A stretch of 64,000 nt of DNA from Utricularia gibba (lineage: Eukaryota; Plantae; Magnoliophyta). The stretch spans positions 2,666,001 to 2,730,000 of the forward strand of contig NEEC01000014.1 in assembly GCA_002189035.1 (NCBI GenBank), written 5' to 3'. Numbering within the stretch: position 1 is the stretch's first letter; each line of letters opens with the position of its first letter. Under the pieces are notes generated by a model that did not search any database, was not told where the DNA came from, and saw only the letters and a program-made list of their open reading frames with translations. Shown here in pieces: positions 63,461 through 64,000 of the stretch. The translations under genes and the position numbers were made by a program.

Positions 63461-64000
63461 ATGGGTTTGGGTTTCCATAGCATCGCTTCTTTTGCTTTCC
63501 TTTTCTTTTTCGCCGCGGCCGCCGATGAGGCGGCGGCGGTCGCTTCTTCAAAGAAACCGTATATTGTTCACATGAAGCGCCATTTGAAGCCGTCGGAGTA
63601 CTCCACTTACGCCGAATGGTACTCCGACCATTTGCTGTCTATCTCTTCCGCTTCCCAGGATTCACTCCTCTACACTTACGACGCTGCCTACAGTGGCTTC
63701 GCTGCCGCGATGTCGCCGGAGGAGGCGGAATCGCTCCGCAGCTCAGATTTAGTGGTTGGGGTGTACGAGGACAGGGTTTATTCTCTCCATACTACCAGGA
63801 CTCCGCAGTTTCTGGGTCTTGATCTGGAGATCGGTGCTTTGGCTGGAATCAACGTTCAGGGTCTGAATCAAGCTTCTGCGGATGTTATCGTCGGTGTTCT
63901 GGACACTGGGGTTTGGCCTGAGTCTAAGTCGTTTAATGATGCCAACATGCCGGATGTGCCTGCGAGGTGGCGGGGCGGTTGTCAGGCGACTGCAGATTTC
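63461..64000 (+). CDS. SBT1.8: Subtilisin-like serine protease, SBT1 subfamily (SBT1.8-like); 5' 180 codons, runs off the window
   Basis: Hydrophobic signal peptide, I9 prodomain (YIVHM, LLYTY, GFAA), HTTRTPQFLGL processing site and catalytic VGVLDTGVWPES. Absent from the ORF track because it has no stop within the window. The symbol is a best match only. Confidence 0.92.
   Translation, partial: MGLGFHSIASFAFLFFFAAAADEAAAVASSKKPYIVHMKRHLKPSEYSTYAEWYSDHLLSISSASQDSLLYTYDAAYSGFAAAMSPEEAESLRSSDLVVGVYEDRVYSLHTTRTPQFLGLDLEIGALAGINVQGLNQASADVIVGVLDTGVWPESKSFNDANMPDVPARWRGGCQATADF

Overview
Plant (eudicot-like) nuclear DNA, about 75% transposon-derived, with a pericentromere-like element mix (CRM, Athila, Tat, Copia, PIF/Harbinger). 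Four host genes lie on the + strand: the last two exons of a peroxisomal OPR3 (ends -SRL), a 5-exon RIPK/PBL13-type RLCK-VII kinase with a short C-tail, a 5-exon RBX1 carrying 8 substitutions at residues identical in human and Arabidopsis, and the first 180 codons of an SBT1.8-type subtilase. Between them are: a very young full-length CRM chromovirus (604-bp LTRs with 2 mismatches, CTTAC TSD) that already has 3 stops and a PPT frameshift; a Tat/Retand element whose 3' half is inverted across a templated-filler junction; a PIF/Harbinger element nested in a Tourist MITE, with a dense hairpin array between its convergent ORFs; several Athila and Copia relics; and at least 7 related Athila-type LTRs. 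Three solo LTRs interrupt one short GC-rich repeat. I found no rRNA, tRNA or CRISPR. Nothing here is a proven new system; the best leads are the divergent RBX1, the rearranged Tat element, the Harbinger hairpin array and the young but dead CRM. All alignments and counts were done by eye.
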